A stretch of 64,000 nucleotides of DNA from an uncultured Solirubrobacterales bacterium (GCA_963783415.1 CAWANN010000015.1:42711-106710); one strand, 5' to 3'. Counted from the stretch's first letter, positions 1 through 9,484 are shown. Notes: generated by a model not told the origin, from the letters alone. A program made the numbers and translations.

Positions 1-1
1 C

Positions 2-340
2 GTCGACGTCATCGGCGCCGTCGTCGCGGCACAGGTAGCCGCGCCCGTCCTGCGGGCAGCCGGCGGCGGCACCCTGTTGGTCACCAGCGGCGGCTTCGCC
101 GACAATCCAGTGCCCGCACTGGCGAGCCTATCCATGGGGAAGGCCGCTCTGCGCTCGGCGCAGACGCTGATTGCTGCCGGCGTTCGGGAGGACGGCATCC
201 ACGCCGCGACCGTCACGATCGTCGGTGCCGTCAAGCCGGGGACGAACTTCGATCCGGACAACATCGCGGAGCTTTTCTGGACCGCCCACACAGACTCCGA
301 GGACGCCTGGCAGACTGAGTATCGGTTCACAGGCGCATAG
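2..340 (+). CDS. SDR family oxidoreductase, 3' part (gene starts before the window)
   Basis: Open frame from base 2 (VDVIGAVVAAQVAAPVL...GTLLVTSGG...SLSMGKAALRS) resembles the C-terminal half of a classical SDR; stop at 338-340. Confidence 0.7.
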   Translation, partial: VDVIGAVVAAQVAAPVLRAAGGGTLLVTSGGFADNPVPALASLSMGKAALRSAQTLIAAGVREDGIHAATVTIVGAVKPGTNFDPDNIAELFWTAHTDSEDAWQTEYRFTGA

Positions 341-426
341 CACGGCGCCACCGCCAAGGCGTTTTCACCACGAGACCCGGCTCGCCGATCGGCAGATCTC
401 GTAATCCAAGAAAGCCCGCGGCCGAG

Positions 427-1029
427 CTAGTCGACGAGCTGGAGGTAGGCCCCCAAGAACGCGCCGGTACGGGCGAGCGCGGCGTCGGCCTCGTCAAGCT
501 CAGGCGCGGACGCCTGGAAAACGTGCCCCACTTCCGGCGTGACGTCAAGTTGGACGGCGACGTTAGCCGCGGCGACGGCGACGGCGAGGCGCGTCGCATC
601 GTCCAGCAACACTCGGAGCCGGTCGGGTGCTAGGACAACGTCGACCGCGGCCTTCGACTTCATGCTCGCACCGGCGAGCGTCATGTCGAGCCAAGGTGAG
701 TAGAGCACCGTCGCGCGAGCCTGTCGCGCGATCAGGCAGGCAAGGCCGGCGCTCGCGCGGGCCGACCCCAGTGCGAAAACGCCGCCGTGGAAGTACAGGA
801 GCGCGGCGTCCGTAGTGGCCTCGGGCATGGAGATCTCCAGCGCGAGAACACCGCCAAGCTTCGTTTCCGTGAGTGACACGTTAGACGGGAGCGGCGTTTG
901 GAGCATGAACTCCTCAAACAGGGGTCGAAGCACGGAAAGATCGGCGCGATCCTGGGGCGGTATTGCGCTCAACAGCTCTGGGAACGACTTTCTCTCGGGC
1001 TGGTTCATGAAGCGCATCATCACGACCAT
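427..1029 (-). pseudogene. Alpha/beta hydrolase (HSL/esterase family) with internal in-frame deletions
   Basis: YFHGG oxyanion motif, YSPWLD and GHVFQ are present; the usual YRLAPE...GDSAGG segment between ARATV and LYSPW is absent. Confidence 0.65.
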
Positions 1030-1044
1030 GGCGGTGAGCCCGCA

Positions 1045-1061
1045 TCACCTCATTCCGGTGA
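1045..1061. promoter_or_regulatory. 17-bp motif TCACC-N7-GGTGA, candidate LAL-regulator site
   Basis: TCACCTCATTCCGGTGA in the divergent esterase/LuxR intergenic region; an extra GGTGA half-site at 1033-1037, 24 bp earlier. Confidence 0.55.
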
Positions 1062-1162
1062 GTTGGTGCCGGGCGTGCGACGGGGTCTCGCACTGGTCCT
1101 CAGATGCCGGTCCTCGACATGGGCGGCCAGATCGTGCCGACTAAGCTTGATCGGACTGGGCG

Positions 1163-3862
1163 TTGAGCATGAGGGGCTTGGCAAAAGCGCGGCGTGACGA
1201 GGGTCTGGAGCGGCCGATCGCTCCGGAGATTCCAATAGCCCACGGCCGGCTTGACCGGGAGCATCTTCTGCGGAAGCTGGATCGCGCTGTGATGAGGCGG
1301 GTGACGGTCATCTCGGCGCCGGCGGGAAGTGGCAAGACGTCTCTGTTGCGTGCGTGGGCCGATCTTTCGACCAATGCTGCTCGCGTCGCGTTTGTGTCCG
1401 TCGACCGCGACGAACAGGAGGCGGAGCGGTTCTGGTCCCGTGTTCTGGATGCGCTCCGCGGCTCGGCAGCCTCGACCGATCGTCAGACGGATCGGGCGGC
1501 GGTCGGGGTTCCCGGCGACGAGCTGGTCGACGCGGTTGTTCTGGAGTTGGCCGAGCGGGCCGGGCCTTTCGTGTTGATCATCGACGATCTCCACGAGCTG
1601 AGGTCCGCTGATGCCGTGGCGCAGCTCGAGCGGTTGCTCGCGGTGCTGCCGAATTCGGCGCGCGTCGTGTTGTCGTCTCGCCGGGATCCGCCGATCAGGC
1701 TGCACAAGCTTAGGCTTGCCGACGAGCTCGCTGAGCTGCGCGCCGGCGATCTCCGGTTCACCGAGCGCGAGACGCGCGAGCTGCTTGCTGCATCGGGGAT
1801 CAGTCTGTCTGACGCCGGGGCGGCCGCGTTGTACCGGCGCACGGAAGGGTGGGCAGCCGGCCTGCGTCTCGCGGCGATCTCGCTCAGCGGTCACCCAGAC
1901 CCAGAGCGTTTCGTGGCGGAGTTCTCGGGCACGAACAGGGCGATCGGCGAGTATCTGATGGCCGAGATGCTCGAAGGCCAGCCGCGCGAGGTTCAGAGCA
2001 TGTTGCTGCGAACCTCGCTGGTCGATCGGGTGAACCGCGAACTCGCCGACCTGCTGGCAGGTCGCTCGGGCTCGGAGCAGATACTGCTCGAGCTGGAGGA
2101 CGCGAACGCGTTCGTGGTATCGCTGGACGCTCAGCGCACCTGGTTTCGCTACCACCACCTGCTGGCGGACTTCCTTCGGCTGGAGCTTCGCCGAACGTCG
2201 GCCGATGAGATTCCCGGCCTACACCGCCGGGCCGCCCGCTGGTTCGCCGACCACGGGGACGTCGTCGAGGCTGTGCGGCACACGCAAGCCGCCGGGGATT
2301 GGGTCGACGCCGCGCGACTGCTCGCGGACCACCTCTTCAGTTTGACGCTCAATGGGAACGATCGAGCGATCGCCGCGCTGTTGCGGTCATTTCCGGAGGG
2401 GCTGTCGGCGGATCATCCTGAGCTGGCGTTGGCTCACGCGGCGGTTCAGTTGGCACACGGCCGGCTGGAGGAAGCGGCTGCTCAGCTCGCGCTGGCCGAG
2501 TCCCATGTCGAGAGCGCCCAACCAGGGCGCCGCCGGGGACTCGCGGTTGCCATCGCCTCGCTGCGGTTGGCGCTCGCACGGCGTAGCGGTCAGTTCACGG
2601 AGGTGATCGAGCAGGTGAGCCTGCTTGATTCTTCGATCGCAGATGAGTCGAGCGGGGTGATCGCGATGAGCAGCGAGCTGCGCGGAGTCGCGCTGATGAA
2701 TCTCGGGATCGTCGAGATGTGGTCAGGGCGACTCGCGGACGCTGACCGGCACCTCGCCGACGGAGCCGAGCTTGCCCAGGCGATCGGCAGCCCCTACCTC
2801 GAGGTCGCGTGCCTCGCACATCGATGTTTCGCGTCGAAGCTGATCTCGGTCGCGACTGCACGTGAGCGCGGCGAGCGGGCCATCGCGCTGGCTGAGCGCT
2901 CTGGCTTCGCCGACCGCCCGATCGTCGTACCCGCGCTCGCGGCGGTCGGCGGCATCGCGGTCTGGAGGGGCGAGTTCGATGCGGGAGAAGGTTGGCTCCG
3001 TCGCGGCTGGGAGCTTGCAGAGCCGGGCGCCGACCCGGCCGCAGTCGTGTTCTTGCACGTGACGACAGGCATGCTGCACGCCGGACGCGGGCAACATCGA
3101 TCGGCGCTGGAAGAGTTCGCAGCGGCAGCCCGGACGCAAGCGCTGCTAACAGGGGTGCACGCACTTACGCCACGGATCACCGGGTGGCTCGCAGCGACGC
3201 AAGCTCGCCTCGGGATGCTGGACGAGGCTCGTACAACACTCGGTGACTACTCCGCCGAACCCGGGCGGCTGGGTGCCATCCACGCGATCGACAACGCGCG
3301 CGCCGTGGTCTTCATGGCGGAAGGTGATCCTGCGGCGGCCGTGGAGGCACTCGGAGATGTTCAGGACACGACCCAGGGCGTCCATGCGTTCACCCTCGTG
3401 GAGACGCATCTTCTAGCTGGCATCGCGCACCTGGAGCTCGGGGATCAAAATGCCGCGGCTGCCGCAGCCGAGGCAGCGCTCGCAGCCGCCGAGCCAGACC
3501 GGCTGATGTTTCCGTTCGCGATGACCGGCGCTGCGGAGCTACTCGATGCGCTACCGCGTCACAAGACCGCTCACGGCGCCCTGCTCGCCGACACCGTCAG
3601 CCTGCTGCGGGAAGAATGGGTCCCGAGCACCGACCGGGAGCGCCTCACGGAATCGGACGAGCTCAGCCCGAGCGAGCTTCGCGTGCTGCGGTATCTCCCG
3701 ACGAATCTGACCCGAGCCGAGATCGCGAGCGAGCTTTACGTGTCCACGAACACGGTCGCCACGCACATCCGCAACATCTACTCCAAGCTCGGCGTCCGCG
3801 ATCGGTCCTCCGCCGTTCGCCATGCACGCGAGTTGCGGCTCCTGTCTACCAGCCGCTCCTAA
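1163..3862 (+). CDS. MalT-like LuxR family (LAL) transcriptional regulator
   Basis: Walker A SAPAGSGKT, Walker B LIIDDLH, RTEGWAAGL, WFRYHHL, TPR-like middle region, C-terminal LuxR HTH (LSPSELRVL...VSTNTVATHIRNIYSKLGV). Confidence 0.93.
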   Translation: MSMRGLAKARRDEGLERPIAPEIPIAHGRLDREHLLRKLDRAVMRRVTVISAPAGSGKTSLLRAWADLSTNAARVAFVSVDRDEQEAERFWSRVLDALRGSAASTDRQTDRAAVGVPGDELVDAVVLELAERAGPFVLIIDDLHELRSADAVAQLERLLAVLPNSARVVLSSRRDPPIRLHKLRLADELAELRAGDLRFTERETRELLAASGISLSDAGAAALYRRTEGWAAGLRLAAISLSGHPDPERFVAEFSGTNRAIGEYLMAEMLEGQPREVQSMLLRTSLVDRVNRELADLLAGRSGSEQILLELEDANAFVVSLDAQRTWFRYHHLLADFLRLELRRTSADEIPGLHRRAARWFADHGDVVEAVRHTQAAGDWVDAARLLADHLFSLTLNGNDRAIAALLRSFPEGLSADHPELALAHAAVQLAHGRLEEAAAQLALAESHVESAQPGRRRGLAVAIASLRLALARRSGQFTEVIEQVSLLDSSIADESSGVIAMSSELRGVALMNLGIVEMWSGRLADADRHLADGAELAQAIGSPYLEVACLAHRCFASKLISVATARERGERAIALAERSGFADRPIVVPALAAVGGIAVWRGEFDAGEGWLRRGWELAEPGADPAAVVFLHVTTGMLHAGRGQHRSALEEFAAAARTQALLTGVHALTPRITGWLAATQARLGMLDEARTTLGDYSAEPGRLGAIHAIDNARAVVFMAEGDPAAAVEALGDVQDTTQGVHAFTLVETHLLAGIAHLELGDQNAAAAAAEAALAAAEPDRLMFPFAMTGAAELLDALPRHKTAHGALLADTVSLLREEWVPSTDRERLTESDELSPSELRVLRYLPTNLTRAEIASELYVSTNTVATHIRNIYSKLGVRDRSSAVRHARELRLLSTSRS

Positions 3863-3905
3863 CACTCGCGCAGCCAGCGCGGCCCTTTCTGCCGGCGGGG
3901 AACAA

Positions 3906-3946
3906 TCACCTGATCCGGGCGTAGATGGCTCACCGGATCGGGGTAC
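3906..3946. promoter_or_regulatory. Tandem pair of degenerate TCACC-N7-GG motifs, 24-bp spacing
   Basis: TCACCTGATCCGGGCGT (3906-3922) and TCACCGGATCGGGGTAC (3930-3946), just upstream of ATG 3958. Confidence 0.45.
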
Positions 3947-3957
3947 ATGATCGCAAG

Positions 3958-4260
3958 ATGACCACGCTGCCGGGCTTGTACTCGATTCGGATAAAGGGAC
4001 GGCTTGGAGCTACCGCCCTGTCCGCCTTTCCCTCGATGGCGTCCGAGCTGAAGGACGACGAGACGGTACTCACCGGCTCGCTGGAAGACCGATCGGCATT
4101 GTTCGGCGCCCTTGCGCAGGTCGAGGCCCTTGGTCTCGACCTGCTCGAACTCAAACAAATACACGCGGGAGCGAAACCGCCTAGCGGTCGCTCTCCACGA
4201 GCACCAGAGATGGGTGAATCACCGGAATCTGACGACGACGCGCCACCTGCTCGCCCGTGA
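3958..4260 (+). CDS. Small hypothetical protein of the type often adjacent to actinobacterial LAL regulators (possible ACT-like fold)
   Basis: YSIRIKGRLG...ETVLTGSLEDRSALFGALAQVEALGLDLLEL pattern; ATG 3958 preferred over 3925, which overlaps the motifs. Confidence 0.7.
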   Translation: MTTLPGLYSIRIKGRLGATALSAFPSMASELKDDETVLTGSLEDRSALFGALAQVEALGLDLLELKQIHAGAKPPSGRSPRAPEMGESPESDDDAPPARP

Positions 4261-4297
4261 GGATCTGACCACGCGTCATCGACTCCTAGGAGAACAG

Positions 4298-4381
4298 ATG
4301 AAGATCGACGCCGGATGGTGGCGAGAAGTCGCCACCGTGGCGCGGGCGTGTGTCACGCGAGATTCGCCAAGGACAAGGTGA
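4298..4381 (+). other. 27-codon ORF with RBS, coupled to the MFS gene; possible remnant of a deleted gene
   Basis: AGGAG 4288-4292, ATG 4298 (MKIDAGWWREVATVARA...); its TGA overlaps the MFS GTG (GTGA). Confidence 0.3.
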
Positions 4382-5892
4382 GGTTCGACTCTGCACCCGG
4401 TCGCTGGTTGCTCGCTGTGGCGGTGCTGGGCTCCGGTATCGCGTTCCTGGATGCCACCGTCGTCAATGTTGCATTGCCGGACATCGGCCGTGACCTGCAC
4501 GCGTCGACCAGCACCCTGCAGTGGATCCTCAACGGCTATACGCTGACGCTTGCCTCGCTGATCCTGCTCGGTGGGTCGCTTGGCGACCGGTATGGCCGGC
4601 GTCGCGTCTTCGTGTCCGGAACCGGCCTGTTCACGATCGCCTCGCTGCTGTGTGCGCTTGCGCCGAACGCCGGGCTGTTGGTGCTGGCGAGGCTCGTGCA
4701 GGGGGTCGGCGGGGCTCTTCTGACACCCGGCAGCCTGGCGATGGTCGAGTCGGGCTTTCGCCCCGCTGACCGGGCCCGAGCGATCGGCGCCTGGTCGGGG
4801 CTCAGCGCGGTGGCGGGCGCTCTGGGCCCGCTGCTCGGCGGCGTCCTGGTGGCGGCGGTGTCCTGGCGGGCGGTGTTCCTGATCAACCTTCCGCTCGGCA
4901 TCTTCATCGTCGTAATGGCAGGCCGCCACGTGCCCGAGACCCATGACCCAGCGGCCCGCGGGCCGCTCGACTTTCGCGGCGCGATCCTCGCAGCCGTCGG
5001 CCTGGCCGGCACCACCTACGCGCTGATCGAGGCCCCGGGCCGCGGCGGCTCGCCACTGGTCCTGGCGGCGGCGATCGGAGGGGGGCTTGCGCTGATCGCC
5101 TTCGTGCTCGCCGAGCGGCGTTCCGCCAATCCGATGATGCCGCTCTCGATGTTCGCTTCGCGCCAATTCAGCGCCGCCAACGCGGTGACGTTCGTCGTCT
5201 TCGGGGCCCTCAGTGGAGTGTTCTTCCTGCTTGTGGCGTTCTTGCAAATCTCGCTCGGCTACTCGCCGCTCGCGGCCGGTGCCGCCTCGCTGCCGATCAC
5301 GGCCCTGATGCTGCTCCTCTCCCCGGCTGCGGGAGAACTTGCGCAACGAATCGGGCCGAGGATCCCTTTGACCGTGGGACCGCTGGTCACGGCTATGGGA
5401 CTGGTGTTGATGTCGCGGATCGATCCAGGTGACAGCTATGTGTCGGGCGTGCTCCCGGCGGTGATCGTCTTTGGTTTGGGCCTGACCTTGGTCGTCGCGC
5501 CGGTCACGGCGACGGTGATGGCCGCCGCGGATGAGCGGCACTCGGGCATCGCGTCCGGGATCAACACCGCTGTTTCGCGTCTCTCCGGCCTGATCATCGT
5601 CGCCGTCCTGCCCTTGGTCGCGGGGCTGGCCGGGTCGAAGTTCTACGACCCGGCGGCAATGGACCACGGCTTCCACGTCGCGATGCTTACCTGCGCCGGT
5701 CTCGCGGTAGCCGGCGGGGTGCTGGCGTGGTTGACGATCAGCTCCGAAGTCCTCGAGTCCGAGCCCGCGCCCGGCGGCGACCTGCCGACCGGGGTACTCC
5801 ACGACTTCTCGTGCGCCGTCGCGGGTCCGCCACTAAGACCCGGACGCGAAGCGGAATGCCACCCCATCGCCGCCGAATCGCCGGCGGGATGA
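4378..5892 (+). CDS. MFS transporter, DHA2/EmrB-QacA family (14-TMS)
   Basis: FLDATVVNVALP, GGSLGDRYGRRR motif A, many hydrophobic helices; GTG 4378 is the likely start. Confidence 0.9.
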   Translation: MRFDSAPGRWLLAVAVLGSGIAFLDATVVNVALPDIGRDLHASTSTLQWILNGYTLTLASLILLGGSLGDRYGRRRVFVSGTGLFTIASLLCALAPNAGLLVLARLVQGVGGALLTPGSLAMVESGFRPADRARAIGAWSGLSAVAGALGPLLGGVLVAAVSWRAVFLINLPLGIFIVVMAGRHVPETHDPAARGPLDFRGAILAAVGLAGTTYALIEAPGRGGSPLVLAAAIGGGLALIAFVLAERRSANPMMPLSMFASRQFSAANAVTFVVFGALSGVFFLLVAFLQISLGYSPLAAGAASLPITALMLLLSPAAGELAQRIGPRIPLTVGPLVTAMGLVLMSRIDPGDSYVSGVLPAVIVFGLGLTLVVAPVTATVMAAADERHSGIASGINTAVSRLSGLIIVAVLPLVAGLAGSKFYDPAAMDHGFHVAMLTCAGLAVAGGVLAWLTISSEVLESEPAPGGDLPTGVLHDFSCAVAGPPLRPGREAECHPIAAESPAG

Positions 5893-5964
5893 GCCCAGCG
5901 CCATGCAAACCAAGAGCGCGACGCTTCGGAGCGCTAGCTATAAAGGGCGTGATTGCGCCGGCGG

Positions 5965-6873
5965 TCAGCCCTGGGAGCCGTTGGAGTAGGCGCCGGCCCC
6001 GATGTCCTCGATGAGGGTCGGGCCCGTCGGCTCCCACCCGAGCAGCTCGCGCGTGATCGCGCTCGAGGCGGCCATGTCGAGACCGACGAACTGCGCGAGG
6101 AAGCCGAAGCGTTCGCCGGCCTCCTCGAGCGAGATCGCGGTCGCCGGGAGCTCAAAGCGCTGGCTGATCGCGTCCGCGATATCGCGCATCGCGACGCCCT
6201 CCTCGCCGACGGCGTGCAGCACCGAGCCGCCGGGCGCGTGCTCGATCCCGAGGCGCACGAGCCGAGCGGCGTCCTTCTGGTGGACGGCGGCCCAGCGATT
6301 CTCGCCCTCTGCGACGTAGCCGGCGTCGCCGTGGCTGCGGTCGGCGTCGACGATCCGGGCGATGAAACCGTGGTCGCCGGTGCCGTGGACGGTCGGCGCG
6401 AACCGCACGCTCATCGACCGGACGCCACGCTCGGGGAGCGCGAGCACGGCGCGCTCGGAGGCGACGCGCGGGCTCGCCTCGTCGCCGGGCAGGTCTCGCT
6501 CGGTGGCGATCCCGCCTGGCCTCACCCCGGCGACGCCCGAGGCGACGGCGAGCGGTCCGTCGCTGCCGGACAGCACCTCCCCGAACACCTCGATCGCGCG
6601 ACGATCCGACGCGGCGGCCTCCTCGAAATGGCCGGTCCACGCGATGTCATGGCGGAAGGCCAGGTGGACGACCCCGTCGGCCTGCTCGGCGCCCGCGCGC
6701 AGAACATCGACGTCCTGGACATCGCCGAGCAGGACCTCGGCGCCGGACGCGGCCACCTTCTCGGCTGCCGCGTCAGAGCGAGCCAGCCCGACGACTTGAT
6801 GGCCGGCAGCGATCAGTTCGGGAACGACAGCCGAGCCGATCCAGCCGCTCGCGCCGGTAACGAATACACGCAT
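5965..6873 (-). CDS. NAD-dependent epimerase/dehydratase (extended SDR)
   Basis: MRVFVTGASGWIGSAVV Rossmann motif, VVHLAF, WAAVH. Confidence 0.9.
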   Translation of the reverse strand: MRVFVTGASGWIGSAVVPELIAAGHQVVGLARSDAAAEKVAASGAEVLLGDVQDVDVLRAGAEQADGVVHLAFRHDIAWTGHFEEAAASDRRAIEVFGEVLSGSDGPLAVASGVAGVRPGGIATERDLPGDEASPRVASERAVLALPERGVRSMSVRFAPTVHGTGDHGFIARIVDADRSHGDAGYVAEGENRWAAVHQKDAARLVRLGIEHAPGGSVLHAVGEEGVAMRDIADAISQRFELPATAISLEEAGERFGFLAQFVGLDMAASSAITRELLGWEPTGPTLIEDIGAGAYSNGSQG

Positions 6874-6943
6874 GAGAGATCCTCCGTCTTCAGGAATTGG
6901 TGTTTCGGCGACGAGAGCCGAATCGGTCCGCGCGGAGAGACCC

Positions 6944-6992
6944 GATGTCAGTCGCTGTCATCACCATAGCGCCGATGTCAGTGACTGTCAAC
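6944..6992. promoter_or_regulatory. Two TetR-type palindromic operators, 30-bp spacing
   Basis: GATGTCAGTCGCTGTCATC (6944-6962) and GATGTCAGTGACTGTCAAC (6974-6992) between the divergent SDR and TetR; TATGAT -10 at 6998-7003. Confidence 0.65.
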
Positions 6993-7009
6993 ACCACTAT
7001 GATTCGCGG

Positions 7010-7579
7010 ATGGCTCGATGGGAACCCGATGCGCGCGGCCGCCTCGTGCAGGCAGCGCTCGCACTGTATGGCGAGAACGGGTATGAAAACACCACGGTGG
7101 CCGAGATCGCCCAGCGGGCGGGGCTGACCGAGCGGACTTTTTTCCGTCACTTCGCCGATAAACGCGAGGTTCTGTTCGACGGCGGGGGCGCGCTGCAGGA
7201 GCTGATCGTCAGCGTCGTGGCCGACGCGCCCGACTCGCTGGCGCCGATCGACGCGGCAGCGGCCGGGCTTGACGCCGCAGGGGAGCATTTCTTCGTCCCC
7301 GAGCGCCGCGATTTCGCGAGACAGCGCCAGGCCGTGATCGCCTCCAACCCAGAGCTCCAAGAACGAGAGCTGACCAAGCTCGCAGCACTATCTACAGCGA
7401 TCGCAGACGCGTTGCGGCGACGCGGCGTCGAGGACCCGGCGGCGACGCTCACCGCCGAGGTCGCGATCGCGGTCTTCAGGACCGCGTTCGAGCGCTGGAT
7501 CGACCAAACCAACCGACACGACTTCCGCGAACTCGTCCGCGACTCGCTCGACCAGCTGAAAGCGCTGACCGCAGCGTAG
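7010..7579 (+). CDS. TetR/AcrR family regulator (probably leaderless)
   Basis: MARWEPDARGRL...TTVAEIAQRAGLTERTFFRHFADKREVLF HTH; ATG 6 nt after TATGAT. Confidence 0.92.
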   Translation: MARWEPDARGRLVQAALALYGENGYENTTVAEIAQRAGLTERTFFRHFADKREVLFDGGGALQELIVSVVADAPDSLAPIDAAAAGLDAAGEHFFVPERRDFARQRQAVIASNPELQERELTKLAALSTAIADALRRRGVEDPAATLTAEVAIAVFRTAFERWIDQTNRHDFRELVRDSLDQLKALTAA

Positions 7580-7694
7580 ACCGGCTCCGGACGGCACTCT
7601 CGCCCGCGCGAGCCTCAGATCTGCGCGAGTCCGGCCTCGCACCGTAGCGACCCGCGGGCGCGCACTCCGCCACAAACGGAGTCACCAGGCCGAC

Positions 7695-8009
7695 GTGACC
7701 CATAAGGGCGTGAAGCGGCGCCCGGTCATTCGCGCAAGAGCGGTCAGTCACGTGGGCAAACTCACCCTGGAGGACTACCTCTTTCTCTTCTTCGAGGGCT
7801 CCGAAACGAGTCGGGCCGCCGGCCGGGACTTCTGGCTCAGGCGACACCTGCGCACCGTCGACGTCGAGCCTTCGAGTTCGGCGCAAGCGTCCCAAGCTCA
7901 GCGATCCGCGCTGGTGGAGTGGAAAACACCTCGCGGCGAGCGGTTCGACGAGATCAAGGAGATCAGACAACCCACGCTGGTGGTCAGCGGCCGGAAAGGC
8001 GGACCATGA
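7695..8009 (+). pseudogene. Internal fragment of an alpha/beta hydrolase
   Basis: LEDYLFLFF...AAGRDFW.RRH.RT.DVEP...RFDEIKEIRQPTLVVSG resembles cap and beta-7 segments; lacks the N-terminus and catalytic His region. Confidence 0.55.
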
Positions 8010-8117
8010 CTTCGACCGACTATCAAGAGACGCATCACCCCGGGGCAATCGATAGGTCGCTCGCGCCGCGCTTTGACGGCACATCAAAACCAATCTCCCG
8101 CGGCCGCGCGTAGACGT

Positions 8118-8134
8118 TCACCCGGATCGGATGA
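8118..8134. promoter_or_regulatory. 17-bp motif TCACC-N7-GATGA
   Basis: TCACCCGGATCGGATGA; weaker copy TCCTCGATCCGGGATGG at 8158-8174. Confidence 0.55.
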
Positions 8135-8271
8135 TGCGCGGCCGCACCGTGGCGCGATCCTCGATCCGGGATGGCCCCAGACAGTTGGCGACCCTTCGGG
8201 AGACCGAGATGACGACGATCGAGCAGACCACGCCCAAGTCGGGCAACCTCGTGAGTCGCCTTTTTCCCGGC

Positions 8272-9087
8272 TCAGTACTTGGCTGAGATGTATTGGTAGG
8301 AGTGGTCGGGCTCGCGGTAGCCGCTTTGCTTCTCGCGAGCTGGTAGCCGCACGCGCTTCCGGGGTGGTGAGTCGTAGGGGAGCTGCTCAAGCAGGTGGCT
8401 GATGATGTTCAGTCGGGCGCGCTTCTTATCGTTGGAGTCAGCGACGTGCCAGGGAGCAAAGTCCGTGTTGGTCGCCTCGAACATCTCGTCGCGCGCTCGG
8501 GAGTAGTCATACCAGCGGCTGTAGGACTTGAGGTCCATGGGCGACAGTTTCCAGACCTTGCGCGGATCGTTGATCCGCGACTCGATTCTCCGCGTCTGCT
8601 CTTCCTGGCCGACCTCGAGCCAGTACTTGAGCAGGATGATCCCCGAGTCGACCATCGCCCTCTCGACCAACGGCGCCAGTCGCAAGAATCGCAATGCTTC
8701 GTCCTCGGAGCAGAAGCCCATCACCCGTTCGACCCCGGCGCGGTTGTACCAGCTGCGGTCGAAGATCACGACCTCGCCGGCGGCGGGAAAATGCTCCAGG
8801 TAGCGCTGGACGTACATCTGGGACTTCTCACGGTCGGTCGGTGCCGGGAGCGCGACCACCCGGAACACGCGAGGGCTCACTCGCTCGGTGATCCGTTTGA
8901 TTACCCCGCCCTTCCCGGCCGTGTCACGACCTTCGAACACGATGCAGACCTTGACCCCCTCCCGCACGACCCACTCCTGAAGCCGAACCAGTTCCCCCTG
9001 CAGACGAGCGAGCTCCTTCTCGTAGCGTTTGCGGCCAAGCTTTTCGACCGCTCGCGCGTCCTGTTTCGTCTGCTTGTTGTGACTCAT
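8272..9087 (-). CDS. ppk2: Polyphosphate kinase 2
   Basis: Walker A FEGRDTAGKGG, Walker B FDRSWYNRAGVERVMGF, WKLSPMD lid, DSNDKKRARLN; ATG 9087 (MSHNKQ...). Confidence 0.93.
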   Translation of the reverse strand: MSHNKQTKQDARAVEKLGRKRYEKELARLQGELVRLQEWVVREGVKVCIVFEGRDTAGKGGVIKRITERVSPRVFRVVALPAPTDREKSQMYVQRYLEHFPAAGEVVIFDRSWYNRAGVERVMGFCSEDEALRFLRLAPLVERAMVDSGIILLKYWLEVGQEEQTRRIESRINDPRKVWKLSPMDLKSYSRWYDYSRARDEMFEATNTDFAPWHVADSNDKKRARLNIISHLLEQLPYDSPPRKRVRLPAREKQSGYREPDHSYQYISAKY

Positions 9088-9177
9088 GTGCAGCCCTCCA
9101 CTGAGGCGCGGGAACTGGGCCTCAGGTCGAAAACTGGAGATCCTAAGTGACAGGTCTCTCCGCGCCAGCGATGTGGC

Positions 9178-9198
9178 CCTCCTCCTCCTCCTCCTCCT
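9178..9198. repeat. (CCT)7 trinucleotide microsatellite, (AGG)7 on the minus strand
   Basis: Seven perfect CCT units read directly. Confidence 0.9.
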
Positions 9199-9204
9199 CT
9201 CGCT

Positions 9205-9421
9205 ACCCCGCGCTAGCTCAGCCTGATACTCGGACAGCGGCTGAACGGCTTCTCCAGCCAGCGCGACGCCCTCTTGTTCCACTTGATGCAGCCTCTGAGG
9301 CGAAGGATCGAAGGCCTGGGGAGAGCCTCACGCGCGAGCCCGGCTCCACCTTGAACGGCGGGATGAACTCCGCCAGCCGTCGCTTCTGCTTACGGGTCAA
9401 TTCCTGATGTTGGCTGGTCAT
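9205..9421 (-). pseudogene. Frameshifted N-terminal remnant of a second (class III-like) PPK2
   Basis: MTSQHQELTRKQKRRLAEFIPPFKVEPGSRVRL, then in another frame EGVALAGEAVQPLSEYQAELA; stops before Walker A. Confidence 0.5.
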
Positions 9422-9484
9422 CTCAGCTCCGGACGCGCGGCCACTCACAACGCCTACGACCCTTTCCGGGGGCAGGCAGAATGA

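Noticed and set aside
1100-2158. Long antisense ORFs (e.g. 1100-2158, 4276-5802, 20525-21343, 27006-28607, 38780-40420)
   Set aside because: Shadow frames of real genes, expected in high-GC DNA; no recognisable motifs.
8209-8287. Short RBS-led ORF MTTIEQTTPKSGNLVSRLFPG downstream of the 8118 motif
   Set aside because: Only about 25 codons before colliding with the ppk2 3' end; possibly a truncated gene start but not supportable.
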